A stretch of 64,000 nucleotides of DNA from Naegleria gruberi. Lineage: Eukaryota. The stretch lies in NCBI GenBank assembly GCA_000004985.1, contig GG738925.1; one strand, 5' to 3'. This document shows, in pieces, positions 41,815 through 53,030 of the stretch (the stretch's first letter is position 1; every line of letters starts with the position of its first letter). The notes beneath the pieces are model-generated. The model was not told the origin of the DNA. It did no database searches and saw only the letters and a program-made list of their open reading frames with translations. A program made the position numbers and the translations under genes.

Positions 41815-43917
41815 ATGAAAGAAATACCTATTTCAAACGACAGGATGTCACTTCAAAAAAAAATGGTCAACAAGGTTTGCCTATTAATTCTGCTTGCTGT
41901 GTCTCTGTTGCTCTTTGCTTCAGTCACTTGTGAGAATATTGTCTATTCTACTACAACCTACATGGATGGAACGCTCGTTCCTTCATTCGAAACTAATGTT
42001 GAAACTAACCTATTCAACTCTACCAATCCAAACTCCAGATCCCTCCAAGAAGATTGTACATTGTGTCCAGTTGGTGGTGATTGCACATGTGCAGGTACTT
42101 GTCCAGTTTCTTCATATGATTACAAGGACTTTTTCATCAAGACAACTTGTCCAAATGGTTTCTACTTGACTTCCTTGAGTCTTCAATGTAGAACAAGTGT
42201 TATTGGTGATTCAAAAGTTTTTATTCTTTCTCCAAGTGAATTTGATATTTACAAGGCAGATGATACGAAACTTCCAGCTATTCGATTCAACACTAATAAT
42301 TGTATTGATTATCGTTTTAACATTACAGAAGATCAAACTCTTGTTTACTATTGGTTAGATTTAAGACCTGCTGTGTATACAGCAAAGTGGTGGTTTAAAT
42401 TTGTTGGAACTTGCAACAAAATTCAAGCTGGTCAACCTGTCAGAATGGATGTTCAGCCGTCAGTTGTTACCTTAACAAACACAACATTTTTTGACATTTC
42501 AACAACTCTATACGATAGAAACAATATCATCGCTGGTAATGCAGAAGGAGAAATGCGTCTTGTTGTTGATCCAGCTCAAAATCAAGGTTTCCAATTAACA
42601 AGTAGCTCACCAGTTTTGTGGGGAAACTCAACTTTTAAATTAATGAAATTCAAAACAGCTCTTCCACAAGTTGTGTACCAAGTGTTCTATACGAATGGTA
42701 ACTATTCCATTAACGAAACAAGAACCATGAATATGACAGGAGATCAAGTTACATTCATTTGTAACATTCCAAAATATATGATTATTAATCAAGTAGTGAA
42801 TGTTGATTTCGCTCTTGTGGATAGTCAAAATCAAGTAGTCCAATCTGTGAGTTCTAATTTTGCTAAACTTGGTTCTCCACAACTTGGTTCAGATTGCATG
42901 TATTATTTAACAACTGAAGGTATCTTTCGATATGTTTCACCAGCAGAAAGAGATATTCCATTAACAAGAGGAAGAGGCTCAATGACTTTGAGAGCTCCAA
43001 TGACTGTAAGAAGTAATAGTTTTTACATTGATCTCTATTACATGCTACGTACGAAAACTTATTTCACATTCGAAACAACTGGACCTCCATATGATGCACA
43101 AATCACTATTATTGATGGAGAGTTTGGAAGTGGAACAGATACTGCATTCTCAGTTTCAATTTATGATGGAAAAATGGAATATAGTCCCTCACTTGTTAAG
43201 GCATGTTCAGATGTTGTGAAAATTGTTTCAGATCCTCCATTAGAAGGGTTTCCAGTGGAAAGTAAGGCAGTGGAGGGAGTTGCTTTGTTTAATACCATGT
43301 TAATTAGTGATCCTAGAAATATCAAGTTGCAAATACTTGTCAATAATCAAGCATTGACAAGTAAGAATGTTAGAGTTGGAGATAATGTCAAGTTAGCTCT
43401 TTCAGTTGACAAGTATTTGATATCACCAGGTGATTCATTCTATGGAAATATCTCAATTTATGACATGTTTGATAACTTTTTAAACATGTCTACTGGAAAT
43501 GCATTCCTTAACATTACCTATAATGGAAATCAATTCATGAAAATTAATTCCAAAGTTGTTAATGGATTTTGCATGTTTTCACCAAGTTCAATTCCAAAAA
43601 TTTACACTTCTCGAGTTTACATTCAAGCTGGATTCTACAGTCAATTCAACCAATTATTCCTATCAGAAACATTTGAAATGCAAGTTTACAATTTGTCACC
43701 TTACCCTACTCCAAAACCAACCATTAGTCCAATGATGAGTAAAAAGGCAGAACACTCAAGTGGTGGTAATAATCCAACAAATCCATCTAAACCTTTGAAT
43801 TCTGTTCAAATTCCAGCCATCAAATCCAATAATCAAAGAATTAACAATGCCAATTCTGTTAACATTGGTTCTGTAATTCTTCTTGTGTTCTTCCTCTTTT
43901 TGATAAGCATGCATTAA
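41815..43917 (+). CDS. Ser/Thr/Asn-rich surface/secreted protein with N-terminal signal peptide, Cys-rich module and C-terminal hydrophobic anchor
   Basis: MVNKVCLLILLAVSLLLFASVTC signal-like segment. CTLCPVGGDCTCAGTCPVSSYDY Cys cluster. Many N-x-S/T sites. C-terminal IGSVILLVFFLFLISMH (GPI-like or TM). Confidence 0.55.
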   Translation: MKEIPISNDRMSLQKKMVNKVCLLILLAVSLLLFASVTCENIVYSTTTYMDGTLVPSFETNVETNLFNSTNPNSRSLQEDCTLCPVGGDCTCAGTCPVSSYDYKDFFIKTTCPNGFYLTSLSLQCRTSVIGDSKVFILSPSEFDIYKADDTKLPAIRFNTNNCIDYRFNITEDQTLVYYWLDLRPAVYTAKWWFKFVGTCNKIQAGQPVRMDVQPSVVTLTNTTFFDISTTLYDRNNIIAGNAEGEMRLVVDPAQNQGFQLTSSSPVLWGNSTFKLMKFKTALPQVVYQVFYTNGNYSINETRTMNMTGDQVTFICNIPKYMIINQVVNVDFALVDSQNQVVQSVSSNFAKLGSPQLGSDCMYYLTTEGIFRYVSPAERDIPLTRGRGSMTLRAPMTVRSNSFYIDLYYMLRTKTYFTFETTGPPYDAQITIIDGEFGSGTDTAFSVSIYDGKMEYSPSLVKACSDVVKIVSDPPLEGFPVESKAVEGVALFNTMLISDPRNIKLQILVNNQALTSKNVRVGDNVKLALSVDKYLISPGDSFYGNISIYDMFDNFLNMSTGNAFLNITYNGNQFMKINSKVVNGFCMFSPSSIPKIYTSRVYIQAGFYSQFNQLFLSETFEMQVYNLSPYPTPKPTISPMMSKKAEHSSGGNNPTNPSKPLNSVQIPAIKSNNQRINNANSVNIGSVILLVFFLFLISMH

Positions 43918-44055
43918 TAAACTTTATGAATTCGAATAATATTTCAATAGTTGCATTGTAATCATTTTCATTTTCCTTCGAATTAACGAAACTTTCTGTT
44001 TTTGGGATTATTGTTAATCACTAAAATACAAATTTACTAGAAATATATCAATAAA

Positions 44056-45233
44056 TTAAGGAGAAAGTAAATACTTGAGTAAGGCACAATACCAAATAAT
44101 ATTTTTAGGTTCTTCCAATTTAGTATTAGTAATATCCAAATGTAAACTTTCAAAATTATCATAGGCAAATTTATCAGCTTGCTTATTTGAAATTATTCTC
44201 TTTTCTTTCTTATCTTTCTTGGTTGAGATTAGAATAACTTCTGCCTTTGAAGCATGCTTCTTGATTGTTTCTGCTTTTTCTTTCATTGATTCAGATGCAA
44301 AATTATTAGAAGGATCGATCAGTAATAGAACAACTGATGCATTTCTGTAAAATGACAAAGAAACTCGACTATAACGCTCTGGTCCAGATTGATCCCACAA
44401 TTGCTATAATTGACTTGATTGATTTAAGAGCTAATGTTACTTACCATCTTGATTTTGGTAGTATCTCCAAATTGGAAATTCTTGATTCCAAAATCAACTC
44501 CAATTGTTGGGATGTGATGATTTCTTGAAGCATTCACTGGTATTTCATTCATTGCACAATTAAACAATGAAGTCTTTCCACTTGCATAATCACCATCCAA
44601 AACTACCTTTGTCAGAAAATCATACTCTGGTCTGGGTTTAGATTCAGCAGTTACCTTGGTCTCAGGAATACTATTAGTACTATTAGATATAGTAGTACTT
44701 GAACTACTTGCAGGATTCTTTGCAAACATTGATCCAATAAATGATAAGGCACCACTGAAAAATCCTCTTGATGATGAATTGCTCTCATCAACTTTCTGGA
44801 CTGGTTTTGGAGGTGGAATCATTGGTTGATCTGTCAAATCAGAGAATCTTTTAAAACATTCCTTCAAAACACTCAATTCCACATCAACCCACTTTTCTTT
44901 GATTGAACATGATCGAATATCTTCAGAAACTGATGAAATCTTTGCCAATTTACAAGCAAAATCATAAACCCCTTTACGTAATAAATATCTAATAAATTTC
45001 CTTCCTTGTTTTGAATGTAAAAATTGATCCAAATCAGCAAATTGTAATTTCGGATTTAAATTCGTTAATTGTAAAATTGATTTTTCATAATAATCCCAAA
45101 TTAATTCATAGCAAATTCGTTGCCAATATTTACAAACTCGAGAGAAGGTAACAAGCAATTCTACATGACTGATATGAGAGAGAATTTCTCCGATCAAATC
45201 GTTGGGTAAAACTTCAAAGATGTTTTGTGCCAT
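44056..45233 (-). CDS. F-box domain fused to a divergent Rab-like small GTPase domain (catalytic Gln replaced). Exons complement(join(44056..44403,44445..45233)).
   Basis: N-terminus MAQNIFEVLPNDLIGEILSHISHVELLVTFSRVCKYWQRI is a canonical F-box. The C-terminus aligns along its length with Rab: EYDFLTKVVLDGDYASGKTSLF (P-loop GxxxxGKT), TIGVDF (switch I), IKM|QLWDQSGPERY (DTAGQE has become DQSGPE) and ILISTKKD (NKxD has become TKKD). There are no C-terminal Cys prenylation motifs. A 41-nt intron ATG|GTAAGT...ATTATAG|CAA restores the switch II region. Confidence 0.7.
44404..44444 (-). other. intron (41 nt) of F-box/Rab-like gene
   Basis: GTAAGT...TTATAG. Phase 0. Joins ...TKIKM to QLWDQSGPERY. 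Confidence 0.7.
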
Positions 45234-45538
45234 TTTTTTTTTTTAGAAACTTTTTTGTAAAGTTTTATTAGGTCTTGATCGTTGAATATTCAAATAGTTG
45301 ACAATATTCAATACACAGTTGGGAAAAAACACAAAAACCTATAAAATAAAAATTGGTTTCCAGTGGAAACAAATGAGATTTGATTTTTGGAAATCGAACC
45401 GAACACCAAATAATGGAAGGAACATTTAAGAACATTTAAGCAATTGAAGAAATTGAATCAAAACAATGAAACATTTCAAAAAATCAATAAATTTGATAAG
45501 GCTGAGTTGCTCTCAATTTCACAATTTACAAAAAAAAA

Positions 45539-47497
45539 ATGCCGTGTGATACCAATAATGACGCCTCTGACACCGTTGCCTCCGCACCAGCATCATTCAT
45601 GTACGAAGAAATAACATGTAATGAGCTTCTACTGCTTCATTCATATAATTCACAAATTAAAAAGTGGATAAAAACTGACGCTCATGAAAATACTCATGAA
45701 TTTTATATGGAACGGGAAGATTCCGATGATGATGATGATGATGAAGATGATGAAGATTATGTAGAGGATAATCAAGTTGATGATGAAGAAAAGGTTGATA
45801 ATGAAAAGAATTTATTCGAAAGAAGAATGATATTTAATTCTGTGAGGGGTAGAACTACAGAACTTGGATATTTGGATCCGTGTGATGATTATCACATCAG
45901 AGAATATAATGATGATTGGGGACGTGTGGAGGAAGTTGAGGAAATTAATATTGGACTATTTTATAATCACCTTTCGAATGAAAATTTTGTAGAGGAGAGG
46001 GAAAAGTTTACCTATGAATGGAAAGATAACATTCTCTGTTTTAGAATAATGCCATATGATTTTGACTCTTTGGGAAAATATGACATGATGAAAGTTATTG
46101 GTGAGATTGAGAATGAAAATTATGCGAAACAATTTGTTGAGGAACAGATTGAATATACGAAATCACCAGAAACAAAGGTCAATTATATGGAATTTGTGAA
46201 TAATCATGCCATTGTTTCAGTATTTGATTATCTTGATACATGTTTCTTGTTGAAAACATGCTCAAAAGTTTCTTCGGAATGGCACAAAATGTTGTTTTAC
46301 AATTCACATATTCAAAATCATATTTTCAAAGGTAGATTACTGGATTTATTCGATGGACAATTTGACCATTTGAGTCGCTTGAATGAGTTTTATAATTTGA
46401 ATTGGTTGGAAACTTATCTGATGAGTGGTGCGTTCGTTTTTGAAATGTTTCAAGAGGGATTGTTAGGTCAATTGGAACACTTTGCTCATTTAAATGCAGT
46501 TGAAGTAGAGCAATTCTTTTACATTGTTCTCAAATTAGATCCTCTTCCTCATCTGGTTGATGATTTGAAGGATGATCATCCACTGATTAATAGATTGAAA
46601 CTCTTACCCCCAAAGAGAGTACTGTTCAGTGTTAATACTCTACCAGAGGTAAAGAGAATGGTATTCAAAAGAGGATTTTTAACACATCTTTTGAGTGTGG
46701 AAGATAATTGTGATCCTGAAGTAGTGATGGAAAAAATTCTTATGGCCAAATGTGTAATTCCAATTCAAGATTGCGAATTTTCAGTAGATTTCAAGAAGGG
46801 AATTTCTTTATATGACGAATTTTTGAAAGAACTTTCTTCAAAATTATTATCATTTAGAATACCATCAAAAAAGACAGATTCAGAATTGGATTGGGCTGCC
46901 AATTGTCTCTGTGAAATGAGAGAAAAGGCTAGCTATTTCATTCACAATATTATTCCCGCCCATCCATTTACCAAGCTTTGTGTGGATGATGATATTCTCA
47001 TTGGACTCCATCTACTCTTACTCGATAACATTTATTCTAAAATTGACTTTCTAACAAACATTCCAATCCTCAACTTTTTGGAATTATTGGAAAATAGAAA
47101 GAGGAATGAATTGACCAATATCAAATCCCTCCTTCCTGAAAAATTCCAATCCAACCTATTTGAAATGATGTTACAAGAACCATCACCATATCAATTTACA
47201 TCTGATTCTCTCACTCCATTTAATCAACCATCAAATTTATTAGAATTTTTAACAGAACATGTTATTGAACCGAGTGAAATTTATCAAGAAAATAGAAAAT
47301 TCTCTGAATGGATTGATAGGGATATTGAGGAATATTTGAAATTCATTAAAACATTCCACACCAAGTCAATTACACCACCTAAACATGTTGACATGTTATT
47401 TCACTTTCACATGTTACATCCAAACAATTACATGCCAGATTGTTTGAGAATTGCAAGATCAATCAAGAATCACAAATTTAACTTTATTAAAAATTAA
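45539..47497 (+). CDS. F-box-like domain protein with poly-Asp/Glu tract (652 aa)
   Basis: Poly-A ATG context. Internal F-box-like segment HAIVSVFDYLDTCFLLKTCSKVSSEWHKML. DDDDDDEDDED tract. Confidence 0.5.
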   Translation: MPCDTNNDASDTVASAPASFMYEEITCNELLLLHSYNSQIKKWIKTDAHENTHEFYMEREDSDDDDDDEDDEDYVEDNQVDDEEKVDNEKNLFERRMIFNSVRGRTTELGYLDPCDDYHIREYNDDWGRVEEVEEINIGLFYNHLSNENFVEEREKFTYEWKDNILCFRIMPYDFDSLGKYDMMKVIGEIENENYAKQFVEEQIEYTKSPETKVNYMEFVNNHAIVSVFDYLDTCFLLKTCSKVSSEWHKMLFYNSHIQNHIFKGRLLDLFDGQFDHLSRLNEFYNLNWLETYLMSGAFVFEMFQEGLLGQLEHFAHLNAVEVEQFFYIVLKLDPLPHLVDDLKDDHPLINRLKLLPPKRVLFSVNTLPEVKRMVFKRGFLTHLLSVEDNCDPEVVMEKILMAKCVIPIQDCEFSVDFKKGISLYDEFLKELSSKLLSFRIPSKKTDSELDWAANCLCEMREKASYFIHNIIPAHPFTKLCVDDDILIGLHLLLLDNIYSKIDFLTNIPILNFLELLENRKRNELTNIKSLLPEKFQSNLFEMMLQEPSPYQFTSDSLTPFNQPSNLLEFLTEHVIEPSEIYQENRKFSEWIDRDIEEYLKFIKTFHTKSITPPKHVDMLFHFHMLHPNNYMPDCLRIARSIKNHKFNFIKN

Positions 47498-47564
47498 ACT
47501 TACAATTATTGTAAAATGACGTTTACAAAAAAGTGCAAATTCAAAATTTCTCAAATTAAAAAAA

Positions 47565-48467
47565 ATGCCACAACAAGAACTCACCATTCCTTTGCCACTC
47601 ATTGCATTATACTTAGGCAGCGCCTCGGAAGTGAGTAAATTAATGTTCCTCTGTAGAAATTCTCGTAAAATTTTACAAGAATCGGAACAAGTTGATCTTG
47701 AAATCTTTCATCCAATCGTTGAAGATTTAATTATTCGAAAATTGGGAGGAAACAGCAAAGAATTACTCGAACACTCGCCAACTAAGAGTTGGTATGAAAT
47801 ATTGATGGAATTTTACAATTTTCCATTTAAATACTCGGAAGAAATTGATCTATTTAATCATGATGAATATTTAACATTTAAGAATTGTGGAGGAGTTACA
47901 ATGATTTTCATATACGAACCATGTGAATTGATGGAAATTGTGTTGAGAAAGGTGAATGAAAGTAAAATGATGGAATTTCACAAAATTCTATTCGCACTCT
48001 CAGTATTACAACAAGAAGACATTCCTGAACTAGCTCCATTGAGTGTGAAATTGAGTAGTAATGATTCGAATCAGCCAATTTCGTATGGAAAATTATTCCT
48101 CTTAATGATGAATGACAAATTGAAATATTGTGAAATTTCCAATACTTTTGAAACTATTCGATTTGATTCGTTTCCAAAATTCAAACCTCAAAAAACTAAA
48201 CTCTCTCCAGCCAATGATATTTTCAAATTATGTGAAAATCCTCCATACGGAATCAAAAATAAGAATTCACTCAATTTGACAAAAATAAGAAGTGACATTT
48301 ATGGAGATTACAAAAGTTTGGAATCGTATAATTGGGAATCTCATTTGGAAACTGAATGGAGTTCATTTTGGGAAGCAGGTAAAGAATGGTGGGGAACCTA
48401 TGCACATTCTTCCTACTTTCCTATTCGAAACCTTTTCATTATTGCATTTGCCTCAACCACTGACTAA
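47565..48467 (+). CDS. hypothetical protein (300 aa), possible degenerate F-box at N-terminus
   Basis: Poly-A ATG context. LPLIALYLGSASEVSKLMFLCRNSRKIL resembles an F-box. Confidence 0.45.
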   Translation: MPQQELTIPLPLIALYLGSASEVSKLMFLCRNSRKILQESEQVDLEIFHPIVEDLIIRKLGGNSKELLEHSPTKSWYEILMEFYNFPFKYSEEIDLFNHDEYLTFKNCGGVTMIFIYEPCELMEIVLRKVNESKMMEFHKILFALSVLQQEDIPELAPLSVKLSSNDSNQPISYGKLFLLMMNDKLKYCEISNTFETIRFDSFPKFKPQKTKLSPANDIFKLCENPPYGIKNKNSLNLTKIRSDIYGDYKSLESYNWESHLETEWSSFWEAGKEWWGTYAHSSYFPIRNLFIIAFASTTD

Positions 48468-48529
48468 ATTTTCACACACAGACTTTCAAACACAAATTAG
48501 AGAAGAAACTATTTAATATTTACAATTTT

Positions 48530-49886
48530 TTAACTTCTCTTTGGATTAAAATGAAAGAAAACCAAATTTTCTGATTGATTTCTCTTTCCCTCGCTATAAG
48601 TGTGAAATTGCCATGGAGATTCTTTTGAGAATGAATTTGAATTCGAAACATGACCTCTATAAATGGAAGTATTTGTGGAGTTTGATGAAGTGGTCTTTTT
48701 GGTTGGTGAATCTGAAACTGAATTGTTTCGATCTCTCTTTTTGGAAACCTTTTTGGTGTTTATGGGAGGTGGACCAAGTACTTTCGAATAATTATTATTG
48801 TGATTGGATTGTTGATGAGATGAAGTATTATTTTGCATCGTCATCATTGGTGTGGAATCTACAGAGGTGGACATAAGTGGTCGTTTCTTCCTTTTTGGTA
48901 GACGTGCTTGTTTTGGAAGGTGGAATGAGTTATTCGAAACAGCCGAAGATTCTTGAGATTTGCTTGGAGAGTTCCAGCACAGTGTTTGGTGGTTCATTGT
49001 TTGCACAGGTAACAAGTTATTAGAAACTTGACTTGATTGCATCTCGAGCTTTGGTTGGTTTCGAATAGAATTTCCCACAGCAGTAGCATGATCATCTGCT
49101 GCTGTTGAAGAATTAGCAGAAACTTTCTGATAAATTTGTTGTTGCTGGTCAACCTTCTCTTGTTTAATGTTCTGAGCAAGTTTCGAATAGAGTCCATTCA
49201 TAAATCTTTGTTCAATCATTTCCATTTCGTTCTCAGTGAACGACAACATTAAATTACATTCACTTTCGTCTAGATTAGTTTTCACACAATTCACACAACC
49301 ATCTTTCATTTCGAATAAATGTTGTAGCTGAGAAAGTGGTAACATTTGGCAATAATCGTCTTGGTTCTGTTTTTTCTGTGTGAAAATTAAATCTTCAGGG
49401 TCCTTTCGTACGGTTTCTTCCCCACAAATTTGGAAATTGTGTGAAGTTGACAAGGGCAAACTATGAGGGTGAATTGGAGTTGAGCAATGTTGTGATCTAT
49501 TCTCACCAATTGCTTCTTCTTCTTGTGATGGTAGTGATGGTGAGGAAGAAGAACTTTGCATTTGGTAGAAACTAGTTGGGTTTCCAATAGTATTATTCGA
49601 AAGTTGATGATTGGATTCTTGATGGCTTAACATTGATGCAAGAAACTCGTGGATTTTGTTATTAATCATGTATGAAATTTGGTCTTTGTAAAATTTCAGA
49701 TCGATATTATTCGAAACTTGATTACTTACCTTGTTGATGATCATCAGATTGAATATTAAACAATGTTGGTAGTGGTGGTGATGAATAATCCTGTTGTTGA
49801 TATTGTTGTTGATTATTTCTGTCAATTAATTCTGTCAAATGTTGTTGATAATTTTCCATGTCATCTTTGGGTAAGATTAGGTTCAT
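48530..49886 (-). CDS. Hypothetical Gln/Asn/Ser-rich nuclear-type protein with basic NLS-like C-terminus. Exons complement(join(48530..49683,49730..49886)).
   Basis: ORF 49722..49931 ends ...SDDHQQG at a GTAAGT donor. A 46-nt intron ...TTTACAAAG|AC joins in frame to ORF 48530..49825 (DQISYMINNKIHEF...). Start ATG uncertain (49886 or 49860). The Cys-containing segment GCVNCVKTNLDESECNL is unassigned. KRKKRP and KKVSKKRDR are basic clusters. Confidence 0.5.
49684..49729 (-). other. intron (46 nt)
   Basis: CAA CAA G|GTAAGT...ACAAAG|AC. Phase 1. Confidence 0.55.
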
Positions 49887-51398
49887 TGATTTGAAGAGTT
49901 TTTTTATGATTCTCCACAACGCAAACTCCAAATATTAAACAGTATTGAAGGTTAAATTATTGCAACAGTTACAAACGGTTGGTATTTACCTCAGTTTCGT
50001 ACAAGTTTCGTATAACAATTTTCACATGCTTGGAAGAGATTCTTTCCATTTCTTATCCACCTGTACCGAAATAACTCCTGCCACCGGCATTAGAATGATG
50101 ACATGTGGTGGACAACTAAACAATTCTGTTCAAAGTTTTCTATTTTTAATGTTCATGATTTGCCGAAACTAGAAACCAAAAGAAAACTTTGCCGAATTCT
50201 TCTAGAAATCATCATAAATGTCAAGTCAAGAGAATTTCATGACTGTTTGATTGCGGAGAGCTTGTTCTTTAAATGTTATTAGAACCTGCTGTCGATGTGT
50301 TTGAAACATTTCAAGAAAGTATTTGAAACGAATCATATTTCGAATAAAGAAGAAATAAAGTTACTTGTCTTTTTTATCGAGATTGAGTGGTTTTTTGATC
50401 AATCTACAATTAATTTGCAATATGTCTGGTTTCTTTCTTTTACAATTATTCCAAGAGATGAGAAAAAGATTGAGTGCACACTGCTACTACTGAAAATCTT
50501 ATTCGAAACCATTCTAACAAATCAAGATTGTTAATTATCTTAATTCTATTGGCAACCAAAGCACTAAAACAACAATCCATGAACACTTCACTGACTATTC
50601 TTCATTTCAAATATTTGCACTATCCAAATATATTAATTATAAAAGGAAAGTCAAAAACAAATCAGTTGAATTAGTTGAAAATCTCAAAGACCCTGGTTAC
50701 CTCTAAAATAAAGCTCAATGCTAAAATGAAGGAAAGCGATGAAGAGGGGTAAATTTAATCCTCATGGATGCAGAACTTTCGAATAAAAAAGATGTATGAG
50801 TTTCATCGCAAATTGTTCGTCATATTGGAAATTCAATATTGATTTAAGAAATTGATGATGAATGTGGAATAATTGACCAATTTTAAATGTTATAGTTGTT
50901 TATCCATTTGATTAGTTATTTTGGTTGTCCTTGAAAATTATTCTAAACGAAACTGATTTACTGTTTCAACTACAGCTTCTCAATTTTACAAGAAATTGAT
51001 AACGAGAAGGGAGGTTTATTCAATTTTCAAATAGGAAATAAAAAAATTAACAAATTGCAAATTTTTAAATATTTAAATAACTTTTCAAATATATTTATAA
51101 TTCTATATTGAAAATTCCTATTATTATTAATAGATGATAGATTATTTTTTACATGATTGAAATTTATTTGATTTGAATAAAATAAATTAAACAAAATTCA
51201 AACTTGTCAAATTAAAATATTTAACATAATTTTATCTGATTAAAAGTTTTTCAATTTACTACATTGGTCTCTTTTGAGTAGAGTAGTAAGAAAGAAAACA
51301 AATCAAATGGAAAGTGATGATTCTTTACAAGCTTCTATTTTCCAGTCAGTTGTCATCAATCTGTCAAACTGATTTTTCATCAACTTTAAAAAAAATAA

Positions 51399-53015
51399 AT
51401 GAATATTTTCAAATGTTCAATCTCCTCCGATAAATCAAACAATAACCAACAACAAGAACATTTAGCAAGAGAAGATCCTGTCACTCATCAATTAATTGTA
51501 AATCAAAAGAAAAAAAAGAAAAATCAAACTTTACCGCCAAACAGTTTTACTTTAATTGGAACGAATAATAAGAATTACATTTACAAACCATTAAAAAAAT
51601 TAAGTAGTGGAGCATCAAATACAAGTGACGTTTGGCAGATTGAATTAATTGAACCACATGATATAAAAGGAATTTATGCCTTAAAAAGAATTAAATTAGA
51701 TGATATAGATAATTATGATTATGGATCAAATTTATTACTAAAACAGACAATTGACATGAATATTGATAAGAATTGTGTCAATTCAACAACTCTTTCAGAT
51801 TTGGAACATTTAAATATTGTAAAATATTTTGATTCTTTCATTTCTCAAAATATTGGCGGGAAATATTTAAATATTTTACAAGAATTTTGCATTACTTCAT
51901 TACAAAAACTTTTTGATTTGAAACAGGACATTCCAATAAGTTATCAGATTCAATGGTCACTTCATATTGCACAAGCTTTGAAATATATTCATGACGAATG
52001 TAAAATAATTCACAGAGATGTTAAACCTGATAATATTTTATTGAAAAAAGTTATTTCTAATAATTTACCTAATTTGGCAAATTTAAATAATAATAATTTG
52101 AATAATAATTCGAATAATAATAGTGCGAATAATGATGGTGGTGCAAATAATGAGAAACAGAATAATTTATCAATTAATACAACAATTCAAGTGAATAATG
52201 GAAATTCCAATCAGAATTTTACAAATATTAATAATGAAAAGAGTCCTGCCTCTCCACAATCCAAACTCATTATCAAACTTGCTGATTTTGATTATGCAAA
52301 GAAGGTTGATTTGAGTAATGCCAAAACATTTGTTGGAAGTCAGGAATATTTTGCACCAGAAATTATTAACAGTTTAAATAATTACAATCTCTCAAAGAGT
52401 AATGGAATGTATCAGTCATGTGGTAATAATGGAGTTGGCAGTAGTAGTACTACTACTAGTAGTAATGGTTCTAATCATACAAATGATAGATATTACTATA
52501 CTCATAAGGTAGATATTTGGTCATTTGGAATTGTTGCCTTCCAGCTCATTAAACCAATTTATCGATTGAACATTCCCAAATTTAGAGAAGAATTGCAAAA
52601 GAATCCAAATTATGTGAAGGAATTATTGAAAGATCACTTGAATATTTCCTCTTCAAATTTTGAAACTCAAAGAAAACCTCAATCTCTTCCCAACTCTAAT
52701 AATCATCTCTATTTACAATGCCTGGCTCAGATCATTGTTGATTGTTTACAATTGGATCCAACAGCAAGACCAGAAGCTAAAGATATTGTAAGAAATATTG
52801 AAATTATATATTATAGTACCTATACCAAATTCAATTCCCCTGTAAAACCACCAAATCAACAACAACAAACTACTTTAGGTAGTTCAACAATTAATGAACC
52901 ACCTCCAAATAGTGTTCTGACTCGAACGAGTCTGAGCAGTGATAAATCCTCCTCATCAACACAAGAAGGAATCAATCATGATACAGCTTGTCTACTTAAT
53001 AAATCATTGATGTGA
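51399..53015 (+). CDS. Ser/Thr protein kinase with Asn-rich low-complexity insert
   Basis: IYALKRIK (VAIK-like), HRDVKPDNILL, LADFDYAKK (DFG variant DFD), GSQEYFAPE. About 70 aa of N/S-rich insert between subdomains VIb and VII. A-rich ATG context. Confidence 0.75.
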   Translation: MNIFKCSISSDKSNNNQQQEHLAREDPVTHQLIVNQKKKKKNQTLPPNSFTLIGTNNKNYIYKPLKKLSSGASNTSDVWQIELIEPHDIKGIYALKRIKLDDIDNYDYGSNLLLKQTIDMNIDKNCVNSTTLSDLEHLNIVKYFDSFISQNIGGKYLNILQEFCITSLQKLFDLKQDIPISYQIQWSLHIAQALKYIHDECKIIHRDVKPDNILLKKVISNNLPNLANLNNNNLNNNSNNNSANNDGGANNEKQNNLSINTTIQVNNGNSNQNFTNINNEKSPASPQSKLIIKLADFDYAKKVDLSNAKTFVGSQEYFAPEIINSLNNYNLSKSNGMYQSCGNNGVGSSSTTTSSNGSNHTNDRYYYTHKVDIWSFGIVAFQLIKPIYRLNIPKFREELQKNPNYVKELLKDHLNISSSNFETQRKPQSLPNSNNHLYLQCLAQIIVDCLQLDPTARPEAKDIVRNIEIIYYSTYTKFNSPVKPPNQQQQTTLGSSTINEPPPNSVLTRTSLSSDKSSSSTQEGINHDTACLLNKSLM

Positions 53016-53030
53016 ATAGTGTGTAAATTA

